Source: Acaryochloris marina MBIC11017
GTDB taxonomy: Bacteria > Cyanobacteriota > Cyanobacteriia > Thermosynechococcales > Thermosynechococcaceae
DNA: 32,000 nucleotides
Reading direction: 5' to 3'
NCBI RefSeq assembly: GCF_000018105.1
Contig: NC_009925.1
Span: forward strand, 2,880,001 to 2,912,000
Under the pieces are notes generated by a model. It saw nothing but the letters and a program-made list of their open reading frames with translations, was not told the DNA's origin and did no database searches. How positions within the stretch are numbered: position 1 is the first letter of the stretch; every line of letters starts with the position of its first letter. Made by a program: the position numbers and the translations under genes. Below, in pieces: positions 18,163-27,351 of this stretch.

Positions 18163-18759
18163 GTGATCAAAAATGATGCCTGGATCACCAGGATGGCTAG
18201 TCAAGGCATGATTAGCCCTTTTGAACCCCAGCTCGTACGGGAAGTGGAAGGCAATCCAGGGGTCTCTCAGCGCGTGATTAGCTATGGTCTATCGTCCTAT
18301 GGCTATGATTTGCGATTGAGTGCCAACGAATTTCGTGTCTTTCGCCACATCCCTGGCACCATCGTTGATCCCAAGCATTTCAACCCTGCAAATTTAGAAC
18401 CCGCAGCCCTGCATACCGATGAGAATGGCAGCTATTTTATCTTGCCAGCCCACTCCTATGGTTTGGGGGTCGCCCTTGAGCGTTTAGCGGTGCCGGAAAA
18501 TGTCACGGTCATCTGTATTGGCAAAAGCACCTATGCCCGTATTGGTCTCATCGCCAATTTGACTCCCGCCGAAGCTGGCTGGCGGGGCCATTTGACTCTG
18601 GAGTTTTCGAATTCATCCAGCGCTGACTGCCGGATTTATGCCAATGAAGGCATTGTCCAACTGCTCTTTTTTGAAGGCGAGCCCTGCACCGTTAGCTACG
18701 AAACCCGGCAAGGGAAATATCAAGACCAAGAAGAACAGGTCACCCTAGCCAGGTTGTGA
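18163..18759 (+). CDS. dcd: dCTP deaminase
   Basis: The GTG at 18163 (VIKNDAWI...) follows an SD-like GAAGAGG and avoids overlap with the upstream gene. The track's start at 18100 overlaps it by 47 nt. Motifs present: GMISPFEP, SYGYDLRL, IGKSTYARIGL and GHLTLEFSN (catalytic Glu context). Confidence 0.85.
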   Translation: MIKNDAWITRMASQGMISPFEPQLVREVEGNPGVSQRVISYGLSSYGYDLRLSANEFRVFRHIPGTIVDPKHFNPANLEPAALHTDENGSYFILPAHSYGLGVALERLAVPENVTVICIGKSTYARIGLIANLTPAEAGWRGHLTLEFSNSSSADCRIYANEGIVQLLFFEGEPCTVSYETRQGKYQDQEEQVTLARL

Positions 18760-18770
18760 TCCCCGTCGCA

Positions 18771-19613
18771 TTAACGCCGAATCCAGCCATTGATCGTAAA
18801 GCGACTGTCGGCAAACTGCTTCGAGGGACAAGTCACTGGTAACACTTCATGCATATAACGGCTGAGAAAAAAGACAATGCTGTTATTGCGGGGATCAACA
18901 GTTTGAAACGAATCTGCCTGGACGTAAAAGTTATTTTCGATTTTGCTGTCATACACCCGCAGCTCTCCCCCTGAGAAGGGCTTGGGTTCTTTATAGAAGT
19001 AGTAAACGTAAGTCAGCTCACGGGTCGCTGTATCAGGACTGCCGTTATCGTTATGCAATTTGTAAAAGTTGCCATCATTGTGGGACGTGAGCTGAGTTTC
19101 AATTTCCGAGGCTTGAAAAGCAGGCAGCTTCAGCTGTGTCAAAACGGCGGGCAAGACCTGCTCAATGCGTTCCATCACCCGCTGGGCCAAGCCATCTAAA
19201 TTCGGCAGAATCATGGACTGACGGTAATCAGGGGTATCCGTTGTGGTTTGGGTGGGCACAAACGCAGATTCTTGTTGAATGGTGGTTTGGAGTAAGGCCT
19301 GATGTTCAGCAGCCGTCAAAAACTGCTCCATCTGCACATAGGGAGAGGGGAGCACCTCTAAAGGCGCTGGATTGAACGTCGGCTGAATATACATGGGGGG
19401 TTCAGTCACCAAACCCACTAAATGTTGACTGGAAAAGCACAGCCCCGCATGGCCTGCCTGTAACGGGATTTGAAACAATTCTGGCGGCTGAGACTTAGCC
19501 GAAACCGCTTGAAACAAACGCTGTAGCAGCGGATCTGTAGACTGCAAATAAACGGTTTGATGATGTCCGCCCTGGAGGAGCAATTCGACTTTAACGATAG
19601 AAGGTGGGGTCAT
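18771..19613 (-). CDS. 2OG-Fe(II) oxygenase superfamily protein (prolyl-hydroxylase-like) with an N-terminal extension of about 90 aa
   Basis: The HxD facial-triad context is YKLHNDNG, the distal His is in RYMHEVLPV, and basic residues lie near the C-terminus (SRFTINGWIRR). The N-terminal segment has no motif I recognise. Confidence 0.7.
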   Translation of the reverse strand: MTPPSIVKVELLLQGGHHQTVYLQSTDPLLQRLFQAVSAKSQPPELFQIPLQAGHAGLCFSSQHLVGLVTEPPMYIQPTFNPAPLEVLPSPYVQMEQFLTAAEHQALLQTTIQQESAFVPTQTTTDTPDYRQSMILPNLDGLAQRVMERIEQVLPAVLTQLKLPAFQASEIETQLTSHNDGNFYKLHNDNGSPDTATRELTYVYYFYKEPKPFSGGELRVYDSKIENNFYVQADSFQTVDPRNNSIVFFLSRYMHEVLPVTCPSKQFADSRFTINGWIRR

Positions 19614-19669
19614 AGCTGAATGTATTTCAAATCATGGCAGCCCACATCAGCGGTCTGGTCTTCCACATC

Positions 19670-20461
19670 TTAGACCGGTTTCTGGTGGAGGGCAGCTTGG
19701 CAAAATTGCACAGCAGCTTCTATATCGCTCGTTTGGTGCGGATAGGGCAATATAGGTCGCTTGATGATGATCAAGGTAACGCCCAAGGCCTGAGCCACAC
19801 GACGCTTAATATCCTCTCCCCCAGGCTGGCCAGACGCTTTCGTAACAACAACAGAGATTTGCCACTGCTGCCAAAGGGCTTTTTCCAGATCGAAGGAAAT
19901 GGGAGGGCGCAAAGCAATAATGCGATCGCAACTAAATCCTGCGTCATCTGCCGCCTGAAACGCTTGGGCACGCGGCAATATTCTCGCAAATAATGTGCTG
20001 GTGGATTGGTATTCTTGAAAGAGCGATAGCCATTTACTGCCAAGCGTCAATAAAACTCGCTGCCCCTCTAGGTATTGCCCATTCACTAGTTGCGAAATGG
20101 TATCAACCTTCACCACCCAAGGATTTTGAGTCACCCTATCATCAGCCTCAGAGAATCGCTCAAATCTTAAGTAAGGGATCCGGAGCTGAGTTGAAGCTTG
20201 CATGGCCAATTTCGAAATTTCCGTCGCATAGGGATGAGAGGCATCCAAAATCGCGCTAATTTGGTGGTCTCGGCAAAATGTTTGCCAGGTGTGATCGGTT
20301 AAAGCCCCTGTACAAATAGTTAGTCCCAACGCCTGAGGATACAGCGTCTGCGCCGAGGCAGCCAAGACCGTAATCACGCCAGGAAGACCAGCGTTATCTA
20401 AGGCAGAAGCTAACTGAACACTTTCTGTTGTCCCTCCAATAAGCCAAATTCGAGCAGGCAT
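19670..20461 (-). CDS. cobK: Precorrin-6A / cobalt-precorrin-6A reductase
   Basis: The N-terminus is MPARIWLIGGTTES, the CobK/CbiJ Rossmann-like start. The C-terminal part is VVVTKASGQPGGEDIKRRVAQALGVTLIIIKRP. The ATG at 20461 is preferred; an alternative ATG lies at 20494. Confidence 0.75.
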   Translation of the reverse strand: MPARIWLIGGTTESVQLASALDNAGLPGVITVLAASAQTLYPQALGLTICTGALTDHTWQTFCRDHQISAILDASHPYATEISKLAMQASTQLRIPYLRFERFSEADDRVTQNPWVVKVDTISQLVNGQYLEGQRVLLTLGSKWLSLFQEYQSTSTLFARILPRAQAFQAADDAGFSCDRIIALRPPISFDLEKALWQQWQISVVVTKASGQPGGEDIKRRVAQALGVTLIIIKRPILPYPHQTSDIEAAVQFCQAALHQKPV

Positions 20462-20721
20462 CTTTAAGCAATTGAGAGTAATTAGCTTTAACATTAAGTG
20501 AACACTGAGTCTATGGCTAGACTGCTAAATTAATGCCTGAAGAAAAATGCACTTTAACTAGACTTTTTTGGGCATCCTAGGGATTAAGAACCAATTCGTT
20601 CTACCTCAAGGGGGGAAACCTAGCAATAGGTTGTGAGGTTGTCGATATCAACGCAGGTACCTAACCAAAAGGCGCTGCTGTTATAAGCCTTTTAACAACT
20701 CTCAATAGACTTGAGTACGAC

Positions 20722-23427
20722 TTGGTTGTGGAAATCAATCAGAAAAAACAGGCCCGACATTTACTCATTTTTGAGGACAAAGAAGGGTTAAGGTTGGTGC
20801 CTCTCGAGGCCTCCTCACACTCTTTGGGGCGTGATCCAACCAATTCCATAGTGCTGCATTCAAAAGCAGTTTCCCGTCAGCATGCGTTATTACTGCGGGT
20901 GACCAGCTCTGATCCCAATAACTATGGCTTCTTACTGATTGACGGCGACTTACAAGGCCAGCGCAGCACAAATGGCATTAAGGTCAATGGCGTTAAATGT
21001 CGGTCACGTCGCCTGCAAGATCAAGATCTACTCACCTTTGGCAACCACATCAAAGCTCGATACATTGCCGTTGTTCCTCAATCTGATGCAGAATTTGAGG
21101 AATATTGTCGTACTGCCGATTATGAAGCCCTCTTCACCCCTCCTGCGTCTCAATCGACAGTCGTCCCCGAACAACCTTCAGCCCTAGAAGAGGAAGGTTT
21201 GGACGAGGCCCCTCTCATTCGACTGGCCTCTTTCCCCGAAATTTCACCCAGCCCCATGCTGGAGATTAATCTCGAAGGAGAACTGACGTATCTCAATCCA
21301 GCCGCAGTCAGCGCCTTCCCAGAACTCCCTCTATTAGGGATGCAGCATCCAGCCTTAAACGGCCTCCTTAATTTCATCCACACCTCTGATACCAACATCT
21401 TAGTCCGGGAAATTACTGTTGCCGACAAGATGTATGAACAATCCATTCACTTTATTTCTGAGAGCGATCTGATTCGCTGCTGCGTCTTTGATATTACCGA
21501 GCGCAAGCTAGCTGAAGCTGAACTCCGCAAACGAGATCGCCTACTACAAAGCGTGGCTCAAGCCACTACACATCTCCTAGAAAATGTTGGATACGACGCC
21601 ATTGACACGGCTTTGGCGATTTTAGGTGAAGCCGCTGGTGTGGATCGCATTTGTATTTGCAAAAATCACACGCTACCGGATACCGGCGAAAGCGGAACTA
21701 GCATGCGGTTTGAGTGGGTTCGCTCCTCCATTGAGTCCGTGCGCCACCGTCCCCATAGACAAGAGCAAAGCTATCACTCCCCCCATCTCAGACGCTGGTA
21801 TCACGCCTTAACCGACGAGGTCACCATTCGCAGCCTGGTCCAGGACTTGCCCGAAATCGAACAACAGGTCTTAGCCCAAGACAGTATTCTGTCGATTTTA
21901 GTGGTTCCCATTATTGTCAATCACCGATTTTGGGGATTTATTGAACTTCATAACTGCACCCGCGAATATCACTGGTCCCTGCAAGAAGAATCCATTCTAT
22001 TTGCCATGTCAGCCAGTATTAGCGCGGCACTACAGCGGCAAGACAAAGAAGAAATTATCCGCCATCAAGCCTTTCATGACGCCCTCACCGATCTGCCCAA
22101 CCGTGTCCTCTTCAACGATCGGCTGAATATCGCCTTAGCATCTGCCCAGCGCAACAATGGCAGTGTTGCAGTTATGTTTATGGACTTAGACCGCTTCAAA
22201 TTGATCAACGATACCTTAGGGCACTCCATCGGTGATGAGCTTCTTAAGGAAGTGGCCCTTCGTCTCCAGGATTGTTTGCGGGATGGAGACACCGTTGCCC
22301 GGTGGGGCGGCGATGAATTTACCGTTCTCCTGCCCAAAATTGAGTCTGTCAACGACGCCATTAATACGGCCTATCGAATTTTGGATGCGCTCAAAGCAGC
22401 ATTTGTCATTCGTAGGCACGAATTGTTTGTCACCACCAGCATTGGCATTGCCATCTACCCCGAAGATGGCCAAGAAGCAGAAATCTTATTGCAAAATGCA
22501 GACGTTGCTTTATATCGCAGCAAAGAACAGGGTCGAGGCACGTGTCAGCTATATAACCCCACTATGAATGCCAAAGAGCAATTCATTCTGGAAAACAGCT
22601 TGCGCCATGCCCTAGATCGCGATGAATTTATTTTGCACTATCAGCCTAAGGTCAATATCTGCACCGGCGAAATTGTCGGTCTAGAAGCCCTTGTTCGTTG
22701 GGAGCATCCAGAAATGGGTTTAGTCTCACCAGCCACCTTTATTCCCATCGCAGAAGAAACCGGCTTAATTGTGGAGTTGGGAGAATGGGTGTTAAGAACC
22801 GCCTGTCAACAGGCCGTACTCTGGCACAAACTGGGACTAGCGCCTTTATCCGTTGCCATTAATCTATCCGCTCGCCAGTTCTATCAACCGAATTTAGTTG
22901 AAATTGTGGCCCAGGTCATAGAAAGTACCGGCCTCAATCCCCAACAACTCGAACTGGAAATTACAGAAACCATTGCGGTAAAAAATATGGAATTTGCAAA
23001 ATCCATTCTCTGTAATTTGCAGGCCCTAGGGGTTCATATCGCCATGGATGACTTTGGCACTGGCTACTCTTCCCTCAATTATCTGAAGCAACTCCCTTTC
23101 AATACCCTCAAGATTGATCAGTCTTTTATTCAAGATTTAAAGCCCGCCTCTAAAGATGTGGAAATTATCAATGCCGTGATTGCCTTAGGCAAAGGTCTCG
23201 ACCTGAAAGTGGTGGCCGAAGGTGTGGATAATGAAGAACAGCTAGAACTCCTCAGATCCCTCAATTGTGAGATTGTTCAAGGTTATTTATTTAGCCGTCC
23301 CTTGAGCGTCGATAGTACAACGGATATCCTACAAGCCAACTGGCTCCAACGGAACCAATCTCAATCTCTCTTGCGAACCCTAGTCTCTAGTCCAGAATTA
23401 AGTCAATCCACCTCTGTACAAACCTAG
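20722..23427 (+). CDS. FHA-PAS-GAF-GGDEF-EAL multidomain c-di-GMP turnover protein
   Basis: FHA motifs: LGRDPTNSIVLHSKAVSRQHALL and NGIKVNG. GGDEF domain: RWGGDEFTVLL, with RDGD five residues upstream (RxxD I-site spacing). EAL domain: EALVRWEHP, ELEITE, DDFGTGYSSL, KIDQSF, EGVDNEEQ and QGYLFSRP. The start is non-ATG (TTG 20722 or GTG 20728). Confidence 0.9.
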   Translation: MVVEINQKKQARHLLIFEDKEGLRLVPLEASSHSLGRDPTNSIVLHSKAVSRQHALLLRVTSSDPNNYGFLLIDGDLQGQRSTNGIKVNGVKCRSRRLQDQDLLTFGNHIKARYIAVVPQSDAEFEEYCRTADYEALFTPPASQSTVVPEQPSALEEEGLDEAPLIRLASFPEISPSPMLEINLEGELTYLNPAAVSAFPELPLLGMQHPALNGLLNFIHTSDTNILVREITVADKMYEQSIHFISESDLIRCCVFDITERKLAEAELRKRDRLLQSVAQATTHLLENVGYDAIDTALAILGEAAGVDRICICKNHTLPDTGESGTSMRFEWVRSSIESVRHRPHRQEQSYHSPHLRRWYHALTDEVTIRSLVQDLPEIEQQVLAQDSILSILVVPIIVNHRFWGFIELHNCTREYHWSLQEESILFAMSASISAALQRQDKEEIIRHQAFHDALTDLPNRVLFNDRLNIALASAQRNNGSVAVMFMDLDRFKLINDTLGHSIGDELLKEVALRLQDCLRDGDTVARWGGDEFTVLLPKIESVNDAINTAYRILDALKAAFVIRRHELFVTTSIGIAIYPEDGQEAEILLQNADVALYRSKEQGRGTCQLYNPTMNAKEQFILENSLRHALDRDEFILHYQPKVNICTGEIVGLEALVRWEHPEMGLVSPATFIPIAEETGLIVELGEWVLRTACQQAVLWHKLGLAPLSVAINLSARQFYQPNLVEIVAQVIESTGLNPQQLELEITETIAVKNMEFAKSILCNLQALGVHIAMDDFGTGYSSLNYLKQLPFNTLKIDQSFIQDLKPASKDVEIINAVIALGKGLDLKVVAEGVDNEEQLELLRSLNCEIVQGYLFSRPLSVDSTTDILQANWLQRNQSQSLLRTLVSSPELSQSTSVQT

Positions 23428-23541
23428 ATTCATCTCATCCTGAGCTCACCTTCACTCTTGATTTCAAAAGCCATCATGAATGATGGACGATTAGTAAGGA
23501 AATATAGTATCCTTAGATCTTGTGACTTTTTGTGAAAAATT

Positions 23542-23904
23542 ATGCACGCTGAGGAGATCATTCGCTCAATTGAAGCGGAGCATTTCAAAGAAACATTACC
23601 AACAATCTATGTTGGCGATACTGTCCGAGTCGGAGTCCAAATCCGAGAAGGCAATAAAGAGCGCACCCAGCCTTATGAAGGGACTGTCATTGCTAAACGT
23701 CATGGTGGAATCAATGAGACCATCACCGTTCGGCGGATTTTCCAAGGTGTCGGTGTAGAACGGGTTTTTCTGATTCACTCTCCTCGCATCACCAATATCA
23801 AGGTGGTTCGCCGAGGTAAAGTGCGCCGCGCTAAGCTGTATTACTTACGCGATCGCGTCGGCAAGGCAACTCGTGTCAAGCAACGGTTTGATAGAGAGCT
23901 GTAG
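23542..23904 (+). CDS. rplS: 50S ribosomal protein L19
   Basis: [42 protein letters not shown]...[11 protein letters not shown]...IKV matches the L19 consensus. The length is 120 aa. Confidence 0.95.
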   Translation: MHAEEIIRSIEAEHFKETLPTIYVGDTVRVGVQIREGNKERTQPYEGTVIAKRHGGINETITVRRIFQGVGVERVFLIHSPRITNIKVVRRGKVRRAKLYYLRDRVGKATRVKQRFDREL

Positions 23905-24037
23905 AGGGAGTTTGGTGTGGTTCGCACATTATCCAACCAGCCTCAATCATCTATCAGTGCTACCGTAGCAAGGTAAACTTGAGAAAGTAGAGGTCCTTGA
24001 GACCCTAAACCTACTCAGTCCATCTAGGTAGCCCTAT

Positions 24038-24110
24038 GCGCCTTTAGTTCAGTTGGTAGAACGCAGGTCTCCAAAACCTGATGTCGGGGGTTCGAGTCCT
24101 CCAGGGCGCG
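24038..24110 (+). tRNA. trnW: tRNA-Trp (anticodon CCA)
   Basis: Hand-folded cloverleaf. Acceptor stem GCGCCTT/AGGGCGC, D arm GTTC-AGTTGGTA-GAAC, anticodon stem CAGGT/ACCTG with loop CTCCAAA. Variable loop ATGTC, T arm GGGGG-TTCGAGT-CCTCC, discriminator G. The 3' CCA is not encoded. Confidence 0.9.
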
Positions 24111-24305
24111 CTCAATTCAGATCAGTTTAGATGGACTGTGTCATGGGCTGAGTCAACCAGATTGATTTTCAACTCATGCCCTAGGTTTGCTTAAACGCAA
24201 TTGCCTTATCTATAGCCAATTTAGTTGGCAAGCTCGATTTATAGTCGGCCGTGGGCAAGCTCGGGGCATAAATACCCAGCAGTTGGTATCCAAGGATTAG
24301 CAAAA

Positions 24306-24662
24306 GTGGCTAAAAGAAGAAAGAAAAAAAACAACGCAGCAAACAGTCAGCCGTCACCCGCATCCAACGTTGATGCAACGCCTGAACCCATGGCTGCCAC
24401 TACTGCTAGTGCTGGGGAATCTTCAGAAAGCTCTAGTCCTACGCCAGAGCGAGCTGCGGTAGCAGCTACTAGCTCTAATGCCGCCAGCTCAACTGGTTTT
24501 TTGCAAGGAACCAAAGAAGAACTGGAAAAAGTGGTATGGCCCGATCGTCAACAGCTGATTAGTGAGTCGATTGCAGTCTTTTTGATGGTTTCACTCTCTG
24601 CCTTCATTTTTTCATTTATCGATAACTTGTTTAGGTGGGTTTCCACACTCGTATTTGGATAA
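24306..24662 (+). CDS. secE: Preprotein translocase subunit SecE (start uncertain)
   Basis: The C-terminal TKEELEKVVWPDRQQLISESIAVFLMVSLSAFIFSFI is the conserved SecE segment plus a single TM helix. The GTG at 24306 follows AAGGA at a 9-nt spacing. Alternative starts are TTG 24225 (track) and ATG 24390. The position between tRNA-Trp and nusG is canonical. Confidence 0.7.
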   Translation: MAKRRKKKNNAANSQPSPASNVDATPEPMAATTASAGESSESSSPTPERAAVAATSSNAASSTGFLQGTKEELEKVVWPDRQQLISESIAVFLMVSLSAFIFSFIDNLFRWVSTLVFG

Positions 24663-24668
24663 GTGCCC

Positions 24669-25289
24669 ATGACTGATGACCCCCTAAGTACCACTCCGGC
24701 TGTTAGTTCAGTCCCCGAAGGTCCCCTTGAAATTCGGCATTGGTATGCCGTTCAAGTTGCTTCTGGATGCGAGAAAAAGGTCAAGCATAACCTGGAACAA
24801 CGCCTGCAAACCCTAGATGTTGCAGACCGTATTGTTCAGATTGAAATTCCACAAACCCCGACTATTAAGGTTCGGAAAGATGGTAGCCGTCTAACAGGCG
24901 AAGAAAAAGTCTTTCCCGGCTATGTACTAGTCCGCATGATTTTAGATGACGAAACCTGGCAGGTGGTCAAAAACACCCCCAACGTCATCAACTTTGTCGG
25001 TGCCGAACAGCAACGTCGGTACGGTCGTGGTCGCGGTCATGTTAAACCGATGCCCCTCAGTCCTTCAGAAGTCGAGCGGATCTTCCGCCAGGCTCAAGAG
25101 CAAGAGCCTGTGGTCAAAGTCGATATGTCTGTTGGCGATAAGATTCAAGTTCTCAATGGTCCATTCAAAGACTTTGAGGGTGAAGTAATTGAAGTTAGCC
25201 TTGAGCGTAACAAGCTCAAAGCGCTACTTTCGATTTTTGGGCGGGATACCCCCGTAGAATTGGAATTTAATCAGGTGCGAAAAGAGTAA
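24669..25289 (+). CDS. nusG: Transcription termination/antitermination factor NusG
   Basis: The NGN domain is [14 protein letters not shown]...FPGYVLV and the KOW motif is [21 protein letters not shown]. The ATG at 24669 is preferred; GTG 24663 directly abuts the secE stop. Confidence 0.9.
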   Translation: MTDDPLSTTPAVSSVPEGPLEIRHWYAVQVASGCEKKVKHNLEQRLQTLDVADRIVQIEIPQTPTIKVRKDGSRLTGEEKVFPGYVLVRMILDDETWQVVKNTPNVINFVGAEQQRRYGRGRGHVKPMPLSPSEVERIFRQAQEQEPVVKVDMSVGDKIQVLNGPFKDFEGEVIEVSLERNKLKALLSIFGRDTPVELEFNQVRKE

Positions 25290-25296
25290 TTCATCC

Positions 25297-25722
25297 ATGG
25301 CAAAAAAAGTAGTAGCAATTATTAAATTGGCAATCGCAGCTGGCAAAGCCAACCCTGCCCCCCCAATTGGACCCGCCTTAGGACAACATGGTGTCAATAT
25401 CATGATGTTCTGTAAGGAATACAACGCCAAAACGTCTGATCAAGCTGGTCTCGTCGTACCGGTTGAAATTTCAGTTTACGAAGACCGCAGTTTTACCTTT
25501 ATTCTCAAAACGCCACCCGCTTCTGTCCTTATCAAGAAGGCTGCTGGCATTGAGAAGGGATCAGGAGAACCCAATGCAGTCCAAGTAGGGCAAATTACCA
25601 AGGCCCAACTGCAAGAAATTGCCCAGACTAAAATGCCTGACCTCAATGCCAATGACATTGAAGCAGCCATGAACATTGTGGCTGGAACGGCCCGCAACAT
25701 GGGCGTTGCTGTCGTTGATTAA
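25297..25722 (+). CDS. rplK: 50S ribosomal protein L11
   Basis: [44 protein letters not shown] is the classic L11 N-terminus. Confidence 0.95.
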   Translation: MAKKVVAIIKLAIAAGKANPAPPIGPALGQHGVNIMMFCKEYNAKTSDQAGLVVPVEISVYEDRSFTFILKTPPASVLIKKAAGIEKGSGEPNAVQVGQITKAQLQEIAQTKMPDLNANDIEAAMNIVAGTARNMGVAVVD

Positions 25723-25812
25723 GCCCAGTGATCAGGGTATGCTTTAATACCCGTCTTTGTTCACCTATTTGGGGAAGAGGCCATGGCTTCGTTAGTACCC
25801 CAGGAGTAAATT

Positions 25813-26523
25813 ATGACTAAGAAAGTTTCTCGCCGGATGCGCGAGTTAAAACAGCAGGTTGAAGACCGTGCCTATGAACCCCTAGAAGCACTAGAGCTGT
25901 TGTGCAAAACCGCCACAGCTAAGTTTCCAGAATCGGCTGAAGCACATATTCGTCTTGGTATTGACCCCAAATATACAGATCAGCAACTGCGGACAACGGT
26001 GGCCTTACCTAAAGGCACCGGTCAAGAAGTGCGTATTGCTGTAGTCGCCCGGGGTGAGAAAGTTAAAGAAGCGACAGATGCCGGTGCTGACGTAGTGGGT
26101 TCAGAAGAGCTGATCACTGAAATTCAGCAAGGTCGGATGGATTTTGACCTGTTAATCGCCACTCCAGATATGATGCCTCAGGTGGCCAAAGTGGGTCGAA
26201 TTCTGGGTCCTCGGGGTTTAATGCCGTCGCCAAAGGCAGGAACCGTGACGTTCGATCTGCCCCAAGCGATTGAAGAATTCAAAGCGGGTAAACTTGAATT
26301 TCGAGCGGACCGCACTGGAATTGTGCACGTGATGTTTGGCAAGGCTAAATTCTCTGCTCAAGATCTATTAGAGAATCTGAAGGCCCTTCAAGACACCATC
26401 GATCGCAATCGTCCATCGGGTGCCAAGGGACGGTACTGGCGTAGTCTCTATGTGTCAGCCACCATGGGGCCGTCCATCGAAGTTGATATTTCGTCCTTAC
26501 GAGACCTCAACCTGACTGACTAG
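25813..26523 (+). CDS. rplA: 50S ribosomal protein L1
   Basis: An AGGAG SD lies at 25802-25806. The protein carries [22 protein letters not shown] and [18 protein letters not shown], matching the L1 consensus. Confidence 0.95.
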
Positions 26524-26776
26524 CCCAAACACATTTAAGTTTTTAAGGATCAAGCCTTTGCATTAATCCCTCATGCAACTGAATAGTAAAGACCGTAGAC
26601 GGTAGGGGCTCAACGCTTAATGGCCTACTGAGGTTTTGAATGATAGCTCTTAAAACGCAAAAGCGTTCTAAGTCAGCGTTATCAAAAGACCTTGGACCTA
26701 CCTGCACCCAAGGTCTTTTGTTGTGGGGACTGACAAGTTTCGTTTTTATGTACCGATTAAGGAGGTGAACAGAAGA
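26524..26776 (+). promoter_or_regulatory. Putative rplJ (L10) leader / autoregulatory 5' UTR
   Basis: A 253-nt non-coding gap between rplA and rplJ contains several stems, including a 12-bp perfect hairpin. L10(L12)4-binding leaders upstream of rplJ are widespread in bacteria. The assignment is by position only, with no covariance model run. Confidence 0.4.
26684..26719 (+). terminator. 12-bp perfect hairpin: candidate attenuator or rplKA terminator
   Basis: AAAAGACCTTGG (26684-26695) pairs with CCAAGGTCTTTT (26708-26719) around a 12-nt loop. The 3' arm ends in TTTT and is followed by GTTG. The hairpin ends 58 nt before the rplJ ATG. Confidence 0.5.
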
Positions 26777-27307
26777 ATGGGTAGAACCCTAGAAGATAAA
26801 AAGCAAATTGTGGCAGGGCTGCAAGAGAATCTAAGTGATACCGTCATGACGATTGTCATTGACTATCAAGGATTAACAGTGGCAGAAATTACGGAGCTAC
26901 GTAATAAGCTACGTCCTGCAGGTGCTCAGTGCAAAATCACCAAAAATACTTTGATGCGTCGAGCCATCAAAGGTGATGAAAAGTGGGAGCCTTTATCAGA
27001 CTGGTTATCCGATTCCTCTGCTTTTTTGCTGATTAAGGATGACTTAGGTGGCGCTATTAAGGCCTACCAAGCCTTTCAAAAAGCAACGAAGAAAACAGAG
27101 CTCCGGGGCGGCGTCATGGACGGCCAGCCTCTTTCTAAAGAGGATATCAAGGCCATCGGTGACCTCCCATCACAAGAAGTCTTGGTGGCTCAAATTGCTG
27201 GGGCTATCAACTCTGTGACTGCCAAGGTTGCTGTGGGTATCAATGAGGTTCCCGCTTCACTGGCCCGAGCCTTACAAGCGCATTCAGACTCTGATAAGGC
27301 TGCTTAG
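26777..27307 (+). CDS. rplJ: 50S ribosomal protein L10
   Basis: The ATG at 26777 is preceded by AAGGAGG (26759-26765). The track's GTG at 26723 adds 18 unlikely residues. MGRTLEDKKQIVAGLQENL...DYQGLTVAEITELR matches the L10 consensus. Confidence 0.9.
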   Translation: MGRTLEDKKQIVAGLQENLSDTVMTIVIDYQGLTVAEITELRNKLRPAGAQCKITKNTLMRRAIKGDEKWEPLSDWLSDSSAFLLIKDDLGGAIKAYQAFQKATKKTELRGGVMDGQPLSKEDIKAIGDLPSQEVLVAQIAGAINSVTAKVAVGINEVPASLARALQAHSDSDKAA

Positions 27308-27351
27308 CCGCATTTTCCATCCAATCATTAATACAAAAAAGGAAGTGAACC

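Noticed and set aside
23471-23486. Palindrome CCATCAT-GA-ATGATGG upstream of rplS, with a TATAGT -10-like hexamer at 23503-23508
   Set aside because: It is a single short inverted repeat with no second copy in the window and no matching -35 element. It is too weak to call an operator or promoter without transcript data.
23522-23758. A 78-aa plus-strand ORF overlapping rplS in another frame
   Set aside because: The rplS frame is unambiguous, so the alternate frame is spurious.
24145-24181. An imperfect hairpin (GGGCTGAGT / ACTCA-T-GCCC) downstream of tRNA-Trp
   Set aside because: It contains a bulge, has an 18-nt loop and lacks a U-tract. I mention it under the secE finding but did not call it a feature.
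25735-25752. A 6-bp hairpin GGGTAT-GCTTTA-ATACCC between rplK and rplA
   Set aside because: The stem is short and the T tract is interrupted (GTCTTTGTT). It might be an L1-binding mimic or a weak attenuator, but I cannot support either from sequence alone.
1181-26776. Longer TTG/GTG/ATG-initiated versions of ORFs in the track (1816, 8083, 12508, 18100, 20494, 24225, 26723)
   Set aside because: Each extension overlaps a neighbouring gene or adds residues absent from the family N-terminus as I recall it. An internal ATG or GTG with better context was preferred, and the alternatives are noted in the feature evidence.
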